A stretch of DNA of 64,000 bases, from positions 62,001 through 126,000 of the forward strand of contig JANJGN010000151.1 of assembly GCA_026770705.1 (NCBI GenBank), read 5' to 3'. The position numbers and the translations under genes were made by a program. Shown piece by piece: positions 13,766 through 27,859 of the stretch (its first letter is position 1; each line of letters begins with the position of its first letter). Below the pieces are notes generated by a model. The model was not told the origin of the DNA, ran no database searches, and saw nothing but the letters and a program-made list of their open reading frames with translations. This stretch comes from Isurus oxyrinchus (Eukaryota).

Positions 13766-15899
13766 CCCAGCCCTCTGTAGTACAGAGACACAGCTGGCAA
13801 AAATCGGAAGTTGCGGCGGGAAAATCGAAGACTGGTGTAAAATAAACACTTCATAAGACTAAGGTTTCCTTATTTCAATTACTTTATTATCCGAGCTGCT
13901 GTTCAAACTGAGCACATTACCCTGAGCCGCCATTTCCTCTAAATTTTCATCAAAAATATTTAAATGTACATTCCACCAGAGGGTAGTAGGCGACTAGGTT
14001 TGATCTTTTGCGTGTCAGAGATAGTCGCAGATTGACAACATTGTTCTTTATTAATGTGTATTAAATGACTAAGAAACATGCAATAGAATTCAGCCATTAA
14101 ATTCAAATGGAAGTCTGAAAACTCTGTCCTCATGGTTAAGCAATTTATTGTGAAAATGGTTGTTGTTAACGTCAATATGTTCTAAATAATTGGAATGACC
14201 AGTTCACCCCTGCACCATTGAACTCATCGACCGTGGAACCTCTACCATACTGGATCAACCTGACAGTGACTCCCATTTTAATGCATATGGAAATGGTCTT
14301 TGTTGGAAATATTCTCTTTGTGTCGAATCCCTCCGGACACCGTGGCATTTACATTCCCCTTTATAGCGGCTGTGGGAAGCTCCAGTTGCCATTGCGCAAT
14401 TCTTTTATTGAAAGACATCTGCACTGATGACGGTACAAGTTTAAATATTTCCCTTAATAGACCCACCTAACAGGTTCACCCTATGAAACTGCAGACATTA
14501 CCAGCCGCAGCTTCCATTTGTTGCTCTCGGACTGAGCTGGCTTGCTTTCCCTGTACTATTGAACAGACTGATGCCGCTGTCCAAGCTTGACATTGGTTAG
14601 TTCAAGTGCAGATGGCAGAGGGGTGGGGGGGGGGGGGGGGGGGCGGGGAGGAGGGTAGAGGTGGGTGTGTTGATGGGGTAGGGGGATCTGGGGATCTGTA
14701 TTTCCGCTCCGAAATAAAGTTTCCAAGACTGCAGTGTTAAAAGCCTCAGGGATCATCATACTGAACAGTGTTGCTCCACTGCGCATTGTATCGCCGCTCA
14801 GGAAGCCTCATCAGCACCTTGGCAAGGGCAGTTAGGGATGGACAACAGATGCAGGCCTTGTCAGTGACGCCCATGTCCAACGAAATAGTAAAATACTTTA
14901 TTTTTGCAGTAAAAATCCATTCCCCATGTGTCTGCTATAACCAAGATGGCCTTTTCCAAACGTAACGTCTGAGGACAAACGTTTCTTGCCCTACGTGAAT
15001 TGGTGTAACCAACAACAAGGCCAGCCTCCACAATACATCATTCATCTTATCTGGGGGGATGTCGGCAGGAACCTACACGTCACTCATTGATCTATTCCGT
15101 TCTATGTTAACGAAATTACCAACAATACTGAACTGAAGGTCAGCCACACCCTGACCTGTCACACTGTCCTGGATTTCTATTCCATGGAGGACAAACTGAT
15201 GCAGTGATATCACGTATCCTGGAGAGAGACCCAGACAGAAAGACCCAATTAGTGTTCACCAGAAGGCGCTCTCACACCAATAAACGGAAACAGTAACACT
15301 GCCTCCACTGAGGATCACAGGGATTTCCCTCAAATTGCAACGCAGCAGAGCACTCATTAACGAGATATGAGGCCCACTCCTGAAATTATATTAAATTGTA
15401 ATTATAAATTGCGTTTATAATCGATCAAAGCTAGTCAGAAAAAGTTTAAATGATAGCAGTTATATTAGAATCTCAGAGAGCATTGCAAAAACAGGAGTAC
15501 ATCTCCATCCTCTGTACCTGGCACAGGAGTTAACAATGAAAATCGATTATGACTCTCTGTAATTTCCTGTCCTATTAAATTAAAATCTGATGGTATTCCA
15601 AATCTCGATTGCGCTCTCCGTAAACAATATCCTGATATCAGCCCTAGATTACCTTTCAGCAACTTGAAACTGTGTCCACTTGATTATTTTTCCTGCTGCT
15701 TAATAAGCTAGTGTATGAATTATTTTCACTTCATTTAATTTGCAATAGGTTTCTGAAATATCACCACTTACACCACATTTTCCAGATCAAAAACACTGAA
15801 AACATATTTGTTAGTTTTCTCCATAACTCCCATCCCTGAAACTGAAGAGTCGGACTCAATTTCTTTCTCGACAATGCCTCCTAAGAATCTCCGTTGGAG

Positions 15900-16265
15900 A
15901 CGATGGAGGAGCAATAATGTCACTGGGCTGATAAGCTGAAAGCCTAGATTTATGCTCTAGTGGCGCGGCTTCAAATGACAGCCAGTAGAATTTATTTGCC
16001 AATGACAATAAAGTTGGAATTAAAAGCTAGGCTCAGTAATGATAATGATTAATTTATCATTTTCTCATAAATAAAATCATCTGGTTCACCCGTTCTTACG
16101 CGGTTTGGCTTACTTGTGCCTCCAGAGGCACAACAATGCTGTTGACAGTTAACTGTTCCCTGAAATGACCTAGCAAGCCATTCAGTTCAACGGCAAATAG
16201 AAATGTGCAAAAAGTGCTGGCCTTGTCAGTGACGCCCACATCCCGTGAACGAATATGTATAAAAA
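15900..16265 (+). mobile_element. SINE
   Basis: Shares a body with 4540-4770 and the tail (gctggccttgtcagtgacgcccacatccc) with other copies in the window; A-rich end. Confidence 0.65.
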
Positions 16266-17043
16266 AATATTCTAACTGGCGAATCATTACAATCTGTACA
16301 ACGCGAGGTTTCTGCCGACTGCTTGAGTTATTCAGCAACATGTTGAACCCATTCCATTGCTTCTGGCATATCGGTTCAAAAACCAAACTGAGCCACCCTC
16401 TGGGAATTCCAGTCTTAACTCGCCTGCTTCGTCACCTGCCTCCTTCTCTTCAAACAATCTGCTTAACATGACCTTGCTCCCGTTGATTTTTCCTTTCAGA
16501 TTCACTCCTGTCTCCCAATCGATGTCCAATCGTCATCTATCGTGGATAAATTTCACAGGATTGATACCTAAGCTTCCTGAAAATATTCAGCCTCAGAGCA
16601 GGGATCTGTAAACATTCAACTTATAAACTGAACAAAAGTGAAGACAATTCAAATACTAAATCAAATGGTCATAAACTACACCTGGAAATATATGTTCTCT
16701 TGGTCAAGAGGCTACAACTAACTGAGAAGGTGCAGTAGAGAGTAAATTTGTCCATCCAGTTTTCATACACATGTAAAAAAAATCCCTCATTACTTTTTGG
16801 GAAGCAATATCATTTCTGTTCCATAATCTTTCTATGACGGAATTTATCTTGTTGATATATACCGAATATTAATCGCCAAGCTTATCTTATTCCGATCCTG
16901 TAGCGTGCTCAATGCAACTGTTACGAGGCGGAGTCTTTAGATCTGCTTTTATGCTTGCACATGCTGAGGTCTCCAAAAAAACATCACCAGTTAAGAAAAG
17001 AACCGTAACCTGTCATCGCCGGCCAACAATAAGAGAAACAGCC

Positions 17044-17462
17044 ATGGGTGTAACTCACGCATTCTTGCTGTTACCATTCTGTGAGTATTATATATCTCAT
17101 TCCAATCACTGGGATTACACAACTGCCTGAGTATAAAGATTCAGAAATTATACCCAAGGATTCTTCGTGTTTGGTACAGGATTCTCTAGCTGCCTGCATA
17201 TTGCCAGTGGAAGCGAATTCAGTCACGATTCAGCCTGGGTTCAGCGCATGCTCCAATAGGTGCTCATACAATCCACTGGTTGTCTGAGCTCCTGGTATAT
17301 ACCCATAGCGGCTTCCAGGGAGAGCACCACCAAAGCCGTTTTAAAATTCACAGCATCCAAATCTCAGCGTACGTGACGCCGACCAGGATGAGTGAATAGT
17401 GGTGTTTATCACTCTGCCATGGCCACAATGTGTGAGAACAGCCCCGAGTTCTTACTGTATCC
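17044..17462 (+). pseudogene. Highly decayed V pseudogene with leader
   Basis: Leader MGVTHAFLLLPF|gtgagt (17044-17080); acceptor at 17180; remnants ELLVY...QSRFK...SGVYHSAM; cacaatg(17424-17430)-23-actgtatcc. Confidence 0.55.
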
Positions 17463-18291
17463 CCTCCTTGAGAAAATCCTCGGAAGGTTGGGTGACAATC
17501 AAACAGCCACTCCAAAAACAAAACGTGGAAGAAAGCAGCGAAGAAAGAGGTTCACACAATGATTTTGCAACCAGTGAACGACTTCCGAATTGCAGTCAGT
17601 ATTGCAATGAAATCAGAAATGTGTCACCAGAGAATTAAATACTCCATTCATATTTGATGGATTTTCAACATTCGAAACCTTCTTTGAAACCCTGTTCAGT
17701 AAGCGACAGGAGGAATGTGTCCACTGTCTGATATATTGCAATGGAACATATATGATACGTTATTTCCTTCTAAGTCACGACTTCCTTTATACTGGTTGCT
17801 CAGAGTGTATTTCCCCGCCTTGGTCAATTGAAGAAATATTGGAGACAAAAGTTCCTCTTTGACTTTGTAAGAGCAACAACGGAAGCAGAGCAGCCTAAAT
17901 TGCCACTTTGATTACTACTGTTATCTGAAGGATGATTTGAAATACAAAAAAAATCAGACACCTTTGGACATAGTAACCAGAATGAGTCGTCCTGCTCTGT
18001 TTATCATCTCCTTACCTAATTGTATTAACCAGAGGAAATCGCTCTTGATTTCAATGGAGGTTGAAGAAAGGCGTTTAAAGTAATTGAGTTACATTAATTT
18101 GTTAACTGTTTAAAAACATACATTCATCATTAGTTCAACCCAGTTCTTCCTTGCTTTATGCATTGCTTTCTTTCTCTCGTTTAGTTTGCTCATTTTCTCT
18201 TTTCCTTTCATCCTGTTTCGTTCCCTTCTGTTCCTGCCTTTCTCACTCAATTTCTTGCTGTCTTTAGCTTTCAGTGGTTTATAAAATTGCA

Positions 18292-18297
<6 letters not shown>

Positions 18298-18332
<35 letters not shown>

Positions 18333-18385
18333 ATGTATATATTGTATGTATATTTCATATTATATATATATATATATATATATAT
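18298..18385. repeat. (TA)n microsatellite
   Basis: Seen directly. Confidence 0.95.
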
Positions 18386-18819
18386 AAAACTGTAATATGT
18401 TTTCAGAATGTGGGGCTATGTAACTCAGTTCATGCTTTTTTGTCGGTGGGTCCATGTGGTCTCTGATCTAGAGGCAGAGAAAAGGAACCAGTGCGTGTCT
18501 TTCAGAAAGACGGCGTTGTAACGATGCGCTGCAAAATGTTATGATGATATCTCGCACATTACGTGATGAACTTGGTCCGTGAGCAATGTATTCTGCATCT
18601 TCATATGAGCTATTGATGATTTGCAATTTTCCCGACCGACTGGAGCCCAACCCTTTGCTTTTCCAGTCCAAAGAAAATGGTAAAAGCTTTAGCAAGGATG
18701 TTATTCATGTTTCCCCAGGGCGGGGAGAAGGAGGGTGGCGGGGAGGGGGCGGGGGGCCGGGGTAGAGTTGTGGGGGTGGTGTGGAGAGAATGGGAAGGGT
18801 GGTGGATGTGGGGGGGTGG

Positions 18820-19137
18820 AATCTTGCGGATGAAGTGCTGCTGTCGCCGGTGTCCAAAACAGCCGAGCCGGGAGATCCGGCGCAGTTTTATTGTAGCTAC
18901 ACCAGCTCGGAGATATCCGCCTTCCACTGGTCCAGGGTGAGTCCGAATGGACGGCTGGAGTGGGTCATGAGCAGCACAGAAAACGAAAAAGGTGTGGTTG
19001 GGCAATTGGAAATTGAACTTGAAATCGCCGAGAAGACAGGCTATTTCGCTTTCAGAAGGACGAAGATGTCCAATCTTCGTCTGCACAATCCAGAAAGTCA
19101 TTGTGATAGCAATAGCAACCCCACTGTTACAAAACCT
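18820..19137 (+). pseudogene. Divergent TCR V pseudogene
   Basis: ADEVLLSPVSKTAEPGDPAQFYCSYTSSEISAFHWSRVSPNGRLEWVM...; frameshift before FVCTIQK. RSS cattgtg(19099-19105)-23-acaaaacct(19129-19137). Confidence 0.8.
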
Positions 19138-21544
19138 GCCCTCGGGAGAGACACACTCTGCTTCACAAAGATCAGCCATGACATTATTTTTAACAATACA
19201 AGTGCCCTTTGTGTTAGACAATGAGGATTTACACATACCATTGCCCCCTACAGCATATTGGTAAAATTGTATTGAAGAAACATGTTATTCCGCCCATGAG
19301 TTTCTGCCGATGTTTATGCTCCACACGAACCTTTTCCCACACGACCTGATCTAATACCATCAGCGCATTATTTTTCACTTCACCCTAGGTTTTTATTTAG
19401 CTTCTATTTAAATACATTTACACTTATAGCTTCAGCCAACCCGGGTGTATCGAGGTCCCATTCCAACCAGTCACTAGTTTAATAAATTTATGCTTAATCC
19501 TTTGGTGGAATTTATGGGTGAAGATTTGACGTTTATGGTCTCTGGCTTTGGACTCCCACGGGCAGAAAACTTGTTCCAACATTATCGAAATCTTTCAAGA
19601 CTTTAAAGAACTCTCTTGTGTCACCGTTCAGCACAGCTTTTTACAGAAAAGAGCCCAGCCTGTTCAACCTTTCCTGATAGTTACAGACCGTCAGTTATGT
19701 TGTCATCCTTGTATTTTCTTTACATGTTAACCCGTGAACGCGCCATATCGATGTTGATCCAAACAAAAGCAACACCTGTGAGACATTTGAAGGCCAGTTA
19801 GAAAGTTGTCCTGTTGTTATTGAGCGTGCCTCTTTCTGGACAATATGTAAGTGCTGTTACAATCTGTACTACAGCTGACCACTGCTTATGGCCGCGAATG
19901 TGTTTTGTTCAATTAATTCACAAGTTGTAGGCGTCGTTGGTAAGACCAATATTTATTGTTGGTCTCTAATTTCTCTTCCGACAACGGAATGGCTGATAGG
20001 GCATTTCAGAGGGCAGTCAGTAGAGAACTATTTCCCTGTACACACATAAACACAAGACTGGATATGGCTCGTAAATTTATTTAACTGAAGGGTGATTGGT
20101 TTTAACAACTAACCAGTGGTTTCATGGGATTCACTAACAATCATGATGGTCTTTTTTCACGTTCAGATGCATATGCTTAACTTAACTTATGTTTCCAGGG
20201 TGGTGACATTTCATCCGATGCTTCTGGAACATTCGCCCAGGCACCTAAATGCCTAGTTCAGTAACATAAGCACTATGTGACAGTGGCGGTGTTGTTATTG
20301 TTCAACGACGTGGTTCAGTGGTAATATTCACGTCACTGAGTCAGGTGATCTTGGGTTCAAGGCCCATTCCCCAATATTGAGCTCAAAATTTCGAGGCCAA
20401 TACCGAGGGAGTGTTGAACTGTCGGAAGTGTCGTACTCAAACAACGTCAAATTCGAATGTCTGCCCACTCAGGTGGACTTAAAATATCAGTTGCACTATT
20501 TCTAAGAAGAACAGGTCAAATCTTGCTGGTATCCTGTCTAATGTTTATCTCTCATGCAACATTACTAAAGAAAACATCATCTGGTCATTATCACATTTCT
20601 CCTTGTAGGATGTGGTTGTGGGTAATTGGTTCTGTGTTTCCTACATCAGTGTCTACATTTCAGTGGCTGTACGGATGTTTGGCACGTGATGAGGTTGTAT
20701 AAATTGCGATATAAATGTAAATCTGCAGTTTCTAATTGTTATTATTTCACATGTTATCATCCTCGTCAAAGGCTCCTTGGTGCATTAGCACACTTGCTCC
20801 TTTCCATTCCTCCCTCCTCACTGTGGTTGGGCAGTAGTTCGAAATTCTCTCTTGTTTCTGTTCAAAGCCCGTTTTTATCGGGAACTTGAAACTCTTCCAG
20901 GTGCAGCAAAGCATCGAGCCCAGCCCAGATAGAGAATCTCAAATCGCCATGAGTATAGCAACAGCACCCCTGCACTGTCAGGTGGATAACCATAAGGGCA
21001 TTAGAATAATTACATTTACAGTCTTGGTAACGATGTTTAAAACTGGTCCCCATATTTCTTTCTCCACACCGAGGCGATTAATCCACTTCCTATAAATAGG
21101 TTGGTCCTGATTCTACAAAAGAGGAAGAAACATCCCAACGCTAATGCATCAAGTCACTCAGAAGCCAGAATCCCACCATGCAATCTCTGCGCCCTGATTT
21201 AACTACCTCCTTCCTCTCCGTGGGCAAAGTAGTGTCGCTAAAGCCACTTTGTGGTCATTTTTCTTCCTGTTGGATTCAGAACAGCATATTCTGTCTGCGC
21301 TCCTACTAGATGAAAGAGAAATGGTGGTTGACAGAATTATCTAGGCAATCCACCACTCAGCTATTAGTTTTCAAACAGCGGAAACATTAGGGCTGTATGC
21401 AGATTGCCTTATAGAAATTTTCAAAGTCTATGGGGCATTAGAACTTGAGGGAAGAAAGGGTCACAGGATTTCGGACCATCCGTTATTTTTCCTTCTGAAC
21501 ACAAAGAGGGTTATGGTGTGACGAAGGGATTGATAAGTTATGTG

Positions 21545-21928
21545 GGATGGATGGGCGGATGGATGGGTGGTCGGATGCACACATGGGCCGNNNNNNNNNN
21601 NNNNNNNNNNNNNNNNNNNNNNNNNNNNNNNNNNNNNNNNNNNNNNNNNNNNNNNNNNNNNNNNNNNNNNNNNNNNNNNNNNNNNNNNNNNNNNNNNNNN
21701 NNNNNNNNNNNNNNNNNNNTCGATGGATCGATGGATGATGGGTGTATGTATAGACGGACGGACTGATGGACGGATGGATGGATGTTTGGATGGGTGGATA
21801 CATGGATGGATGGATAGATGTATGGACGGATGAATGGATGTACAAAGGGATGGGGGGGACGGGTGGATGAATGGACAGATGGATGAACGGATGAATAGAC
21901 GGAGGGATGGTCTGATGCATGAATGGAT
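21545..21928. repeat. (GGAT)n-type microsatellite containing an assembly gap (N 21591-21719)
   Basis: Seen directly. Confidence 0.95.
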
Positions 21929-23725
21929 GTCTGCACCCCTAGATGTAACCAGAATCATGTCCGTCGTTCTTCTCCCACTCTTCACCCCCATTGGCCAAAA
22001 GGCAATTCAATACCCCAAGGGAATCAAACCAAATATTGGCGCTGGATTTCTTCTTTGGGACAGTGCACTATGATTAAACCAAAAATCTGGCATGGTTTGA
22101 ATTTTGCTTGGTATTGCTCTCACTCTGAGCTACAGGAAAAAACTATTTTATCCCTGACATTTTTCTTCACTCCCAGGTGAATTCTGACGTTTGACCGACT
22201 GAAGTATGGAATGTGCTGATTTGTGTCCTGTAACCGCAATGAATAGAAGATTACTATAGTGGCCATTCTACTAAACTATTAAATCAGTGGCCTTGGGCGT
22301 ATATTTCAGGGACATACAAACAAACGAATCAGGAGCAGAAACAGGCTATTCGGCCCTCTACCTTTTTCGCTATTCAATAAGATCATGGCTGATCTGATTG
22401 TGGCCTCAATTCCACATTCCCACCTGCCTCTGATAACATTTGACTCCCATGGTGCAGAACCCGTTTTTGGGCTGGATCGAATGGAAGAATCTGTCTCCTT
22501 AACACCAATCTGTAGATCTCCAGGGCATCAAACGGATATCCCAATGCAGTTCCCCGATTTTATATCTCACCAACATCGGGAACTTTTGGTTCCATGTGAA
22601 TTTCCCATTCATCACGTTTTATCTTGCACTGAATGGAATGCAAATTTTGCAGCTTATTGGTACATATCTAACCATTGTATATCACTAAAACCTTATCATG
22701 CTCATTTAGAGCTGCACATAATGACAGAAACTTGGAATTTGCCCATTGTTCATTTACAGGCAGGTAGCTACTTGTGTGTTCAGCTGTATGTTTGTTCCAT
22801 TGGTATACGGCTCGGTACAATGCCTGACTCTCAAGTTAACAATGGTTTGAAAATACCTTCCAGATTTCCGGATTTAGGTTTGGCACTCCAGTCCCTCCTA
22901 CGCCCAGGTACTTTTTATTTATTCATTCAAAGGATTTAGGCGACATTGGAGCACCAGCATTTATTGTCTATCACTAATTGCCTTTCAGAGGGGGTAGCGA
23001 GCTGCCACTTACCGGTTGAGTGGTTTTCTGGGTTATTTACAAAGGCAGTTAATGTTCAACCACATTGTTGTGGATCTGGAATCATATCTCGGCCAGCATA
23101 GATTTCCTTCCCTGAAGGACGGTAGTGAACTGGGTAGAGTTTATTGCGATGATCTGGTAGTTAGCTGATCGCTATTTCTGGTAAGACAACTTTATTCCAG
23201 AGTTATAGTAATTATCTCCATTGAAATTAATTAGTATAATTCATGTCGTTGGCTCAGGCCTCTGGATCATTAATCCAGTGATGTCAGCATGAGCTTCCGT
23301 TCGCAGAACATAACCTGGTTCCCATGAAAGGTCTATGTTAAATTGTAAATTCGTTTGCTCAGCCTCAAAGATGTTTCTGCAAACACGTCGGATTTCGGTT
23401 ATCTACCGGGATTTGTGTCATGTATGAAACAACACAACAGCATTTCCTTCCTCGCTCAACCAGCTCTGGCCAGAGAAAAATGCTTCAGAACACAGGGCAG
23501 CGAAACCATTAGAACAAAGCAGCGGCACCTCAGCAGGAGACGCTCCAAGAAGTAAATATTCACCTGGTTTTCTCATGAAAGCGATAAAGAACTGAAACAT
23601 AACGACTTATGTTAACTTACTCGGTAAGTATAATGATTGACTTTGTAATTTAAAAAAAATGACACCAATGATTCTTTAGATCAGATCTCCACATTGATTT
23701 TTAGACTGCATTTAGTTCATAACTT

Positions 23726-24630
23726 CACAGAACCATAGAACCGTCGGGAAGTTACAGCACACTAGGAGGCCATTCGGCTCATCTTATCCATGCCAGCCCG
23801 AGGACACCTAGGTACTCTTTCTAATCCCACCTTCCTGCACCGGGCTAATAGCCCTGCAGTTTACAGCACTTAAGCTGCAGATCGAGGTACTTTTTAAAAG
23901 AGTTTAAAGTTTCTGCCTCTGCCACCAACTTGGGCAGCTAATTCCAGACAGTCACTACCCTCTGCGTAATAAAGTTCTTCCTTATGTACCCCCTAAACCT
24001 TCTGCCACTTATCTTGAATCTATGTCCTCTGGTTCTGGAATTCTCCATCAAGGGAAACAATTTTATCCTGTCCACTCTATCTATTCCCCTCATAATTTTG
24101 TACACCTCAATCAAGTCACCTCTCAGCCTTCTTTATTCTAAGTAAGATAACCCCAACATATCCAATCTCTTCTCGTAGCTACTCTTTCCTAACCCTGGCA
24201 ACATTCTTGTAAACCTCCTGTGCACTCTTTCTAGAGCTATTACGCCCTTCCTGTAATGTAGCGACCAGAACTGCACGCAATACTCCAGTTGTGGCCTCGC
24301 CAGTGTTTTATACAATTCCAACATTATATCCTTACTTTTATATTCTATACCTCTGCCAGTGAAGGAGAGCGTGCCATATGCCTTCTTTACAACCTTGTCT
24401 ACTTGAACTGCTGCCTTCAGGGACCTGTGTACTTGCACGCCAAGATCTCTCGTTCCATCTACCCCTCTTATTATATTCCCATTCATGTCGTAATCCCTTT
24501 AACTCTTTGACCTCTCTAAATGTATGCCCTCACACTTCTTTCTGTTAAAATCCATCTGTTATTTTACCGCCCACTCTACCAACCCATCTATATCGTTTTG
24601 GAGATTATGGCTATCCTCCACACTATCCCT
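23726..24630 (-). mobile_element. CR1-like LINE, RT C-terminus + 3' tail
   Basis: ORF 24133-24486: RDLGVQVHRSLK...LYKTLARPQLEYCVQFWS...ALERVHRRFTRMLPGL. Confidence 0.9.
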
Positions 24631-26863
24631 CTAACCTGCTTCGTCATTCAATAAGATCATGGCTAACCTGATCATGGCCACAGCTCCACATTCCCACCTA
24701 CACCCGATATCCTTTAACTTCCATGGGGCAGGAACCGTTTTTAGGCTGGATCGAATGATCTAACAGTTTTCCACTTGGTCTAATTTCTACTTCTCTGGTG
24801 TCAATGGGACAGGACTGTATCGAGTGTAAAACTGATAGCCAGCTTGCTTAACAGCTCAAGGCTAATTTCACCCCTCAACCATTTCAGGCAGGTGAATCTT
24901 AACTTCAGGCGGAAATATGAAATGGCTGATAATGAACCTGCAGCTCATTCCACATCCCTCCAGAATTGTAAATCACCTGAAAACAATGGAGCCTTAATTC
25001 AAGGCAGATATAACACTGGCTATTGCAATTTTTAGACTAACACGAAATGAAAATCTACCCAAAGTTGGTATCGTTGGAAATGTATTGTCAGGATCTTCAC
25101 TTGTATAAGAATAGCCTTGAACTATTGGTTTCGAAAAGTTTACCAGAATATTACTTTTTAGAAATCAATCTAGCGACCTGAGCAGCCTCGGTATTGTGTA
25201 AAGGAATAGATGCAGTGTTTTGGGTGTTTCAGAGTCTTAATTCTTGAGTTTAAAACAAAGAAATATTAAAACGATGGAAAGTTTGTATACCTCTGATCAA
25301 ATGAGTTTAAAGAAATGCCTGAAGATCACTATATCACTCTCCTTAATTTTCATTGACAAAACCAGCTTCATAAAACAATGATTTGTCCAATTGATGGTTC
25401 AGCCCAAAGACTTACCTGGAACTTCAATAGCAGCAAGAATTGGGTAGTAAGTGACATAAACTACATCAGAAACGTGGCCGTGCATTTTCTATGAGAAGTG
25501 ATGTTCTCTGCCGGTGACAGTTGATGACAGAGATTCTCTGTGATAAGCTCAAAAAGACCCTTATTTATACTGTTGGAATTCTACAGACAATTAGCTTCCA
25601 TAATTATTTACAGTTACTTGAACAAATAGATTCAGCAATTATTGTCCATGTTATTTTTGGGAGGTGGTAGAATGTTGGGAGACACTTGGGAGACGATTAT
25701 CGTGTCTTGGTACTTCATGCAGCCCAGTGCAGTTTTGAATGTAACTTGTTAGTGCTTGCGCAGACCTAAAGTACGTTTAGTCATGTGGAACGATCATTTA
25801 TGGGAGACACTGAAAGAAACATTGATAGCCATTAGGCCGAAGCCAACATAGCTCAGTGACATGAGAGCAGGTAAGAATCAGAATGACAGTGAGAGGCAAA
25901 TGCTGCCGAATGTACTGACATGATAGAAGTTAGACTCACACACAACACATAAGGTCCCCAGAAATTGCAACTTATACCCACACAATGCAAGTTATATCCA
26001 CACAATGCAAGTTATGCCAGCAGTAGCCAATGAGTATCCACACAACACAAAGTGTAATCTCACAATAACAACGTGCATTTACACACGTTTAACATGTATT
26101 ATAAAATTTTAAAATATGTCAAATGTTACAAAGCGCCTCACACGGGGACAATAAAACAAAATTAGGATTAAGTCACATAAGGAAATATTAGGATATTTTT
26201 GTACCAGTCCTAGGCTCCTTGATTATGATGCTAGGCATTTTCTCTGTGAATGTTTTAATGGGTCCCCATTATTTTCCACTTCCTCTTTGGTATTAAACTA
26301 GGCTCTGTCTCTGTTAGCATTCACCAGGCCCTAATTATTGTTGTATTCTCAAGTCCATATGCTGTGCTTTAAGAGGATACAGCGATAAACAAGATCCAGA
26401 TTGTGTTTATTACGGCAACATTGCATTGAACTGATGGCATCTACTCCTCGAAAACTACTGTTTCTACATTACGTGTTGACTGTACGAAATCGTTTTTAGT
26501 TATTAAAAATAAACAATTGATATTCAACCACTGAATCAATGCATTAAAATATGTCACTTTCTTCCGATCCATATTTCAACCACTAATCATCCCTCCTAAC
26601 TACTAAAACTTAGCCAAACAGCTCGAGCGGTGCAGAACCCCTTTAAGAACTGCGGTTTTACCCCTCTTCCAAGTTCGGGGTCAAAAGTTACACGATTGAC
26701 CATCTGGGTGTTTTATTGCTGGGCGGAGCCTGAATGTGACCTCCTGACCCCGCATCAATGGAAGAAAGAGCCAATCACCGTGCTGTTATCCTGCTGACAA
26801 TATTTTGCCCTGAGCCATTGAAAACAGGAGGCCAGGTTTCTGTGACACACAGTCGGCCCTGTA

Positions 26864-26894
<31 letters not shown>

Positions 26895-27149
26895 GATGCA
26901 GCAGGCTGTGCATATCTGACGTGTATGCGGGAAAAAAGGCTCGATTTATACGAAAAGTGACTTCAATATTAACATTCAGTCGTAATGGACAAAAGTGGTG
27001 GTTTGTACAGCCGCGAATGTACGGACAATTCTCGCAGAATGCCGCCTGCACTCCCTGTGCCACAGAGAGGGAGCTTTCCCAGCTGAATTGAATTATTGGA
27101 GCCGCTGCCTTCCACGGCCCATTCAGCGAGGAAGAGAATAGAAAACTAA

Positions 27150-27540
27150 CCTCCTGTTCTTCTTCTCTACCCTTCCACCCATAGAAACTGTTTATTTTGA
27201 TCTACTCTACCCAGGCCCACATGATTTTAAGCACCTCTATCAGATCTATCCTGAACTTTCCATTCTCCATGGAGATCAAGCCCAATTTCCCCAATCTATC
27301 CAATTAACTGAAGTTCTGCATCCCTGGGATGATTCTGGTAAACTTATCTGCGCCCTTTCTAAACCATTCACATCCCTCCTAAAGTGCGATGCTTGGAAGT
27401 GGACACAATGTTCCAGTTAAGGGGGAACCAGTGCTTTCCAAGGGAACAGTAGTATTCCCTTGCTTTTAGACTCTATGCCTCTGTTATGATGTTGATAATC
27501 TCGGATGTTTTAGCACCACTTTCTCAGGCTGTCAGGCTTC
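27150..27540 (-). mobile_element. Degenerate CR1-like LINE fragment
   Basis: Similar to 24060-24420. Confidence 0.6.
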
Positions 27541-27859
27541 AACCATTTATGCCCAAAAAGTGCATATGGCTTGTTGAAGAATGGATAATTGAATGAATTA
27601 TTTTGGCGGGATTACTGTAGGCGGCTCGAAGTATAAAAATATTAAAGGCTCTGCAGAGCCAGAAAGAACGTGCGAACTTGATGTGTTTAACGATTTTATT
27701 CTGTGACACAAAATTGTAAGGTGAATTGAAAATACATTCGTAGAGTAATTGCCTCCACCTACCCCCTTCTGTGTGTGTGTGCATTTGCGTGTGTGTGTCT
27801 GTGTGTGTGTGTATACGTGTGTGTGTATGCTCTTTTCAACTTCAACCCGAAAATGGACA

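Noticed and set aside
21461-21991. Long ORFs spanning N runs (also 51428-52164, 53393-53845, 54307-54975)
   Set aside because: Artefacts of assembly gaps and simple repeats.
22385-22939. 184-aa ORF
   Set aside because: Starts in a repeat fragment and has no recognisable domain.
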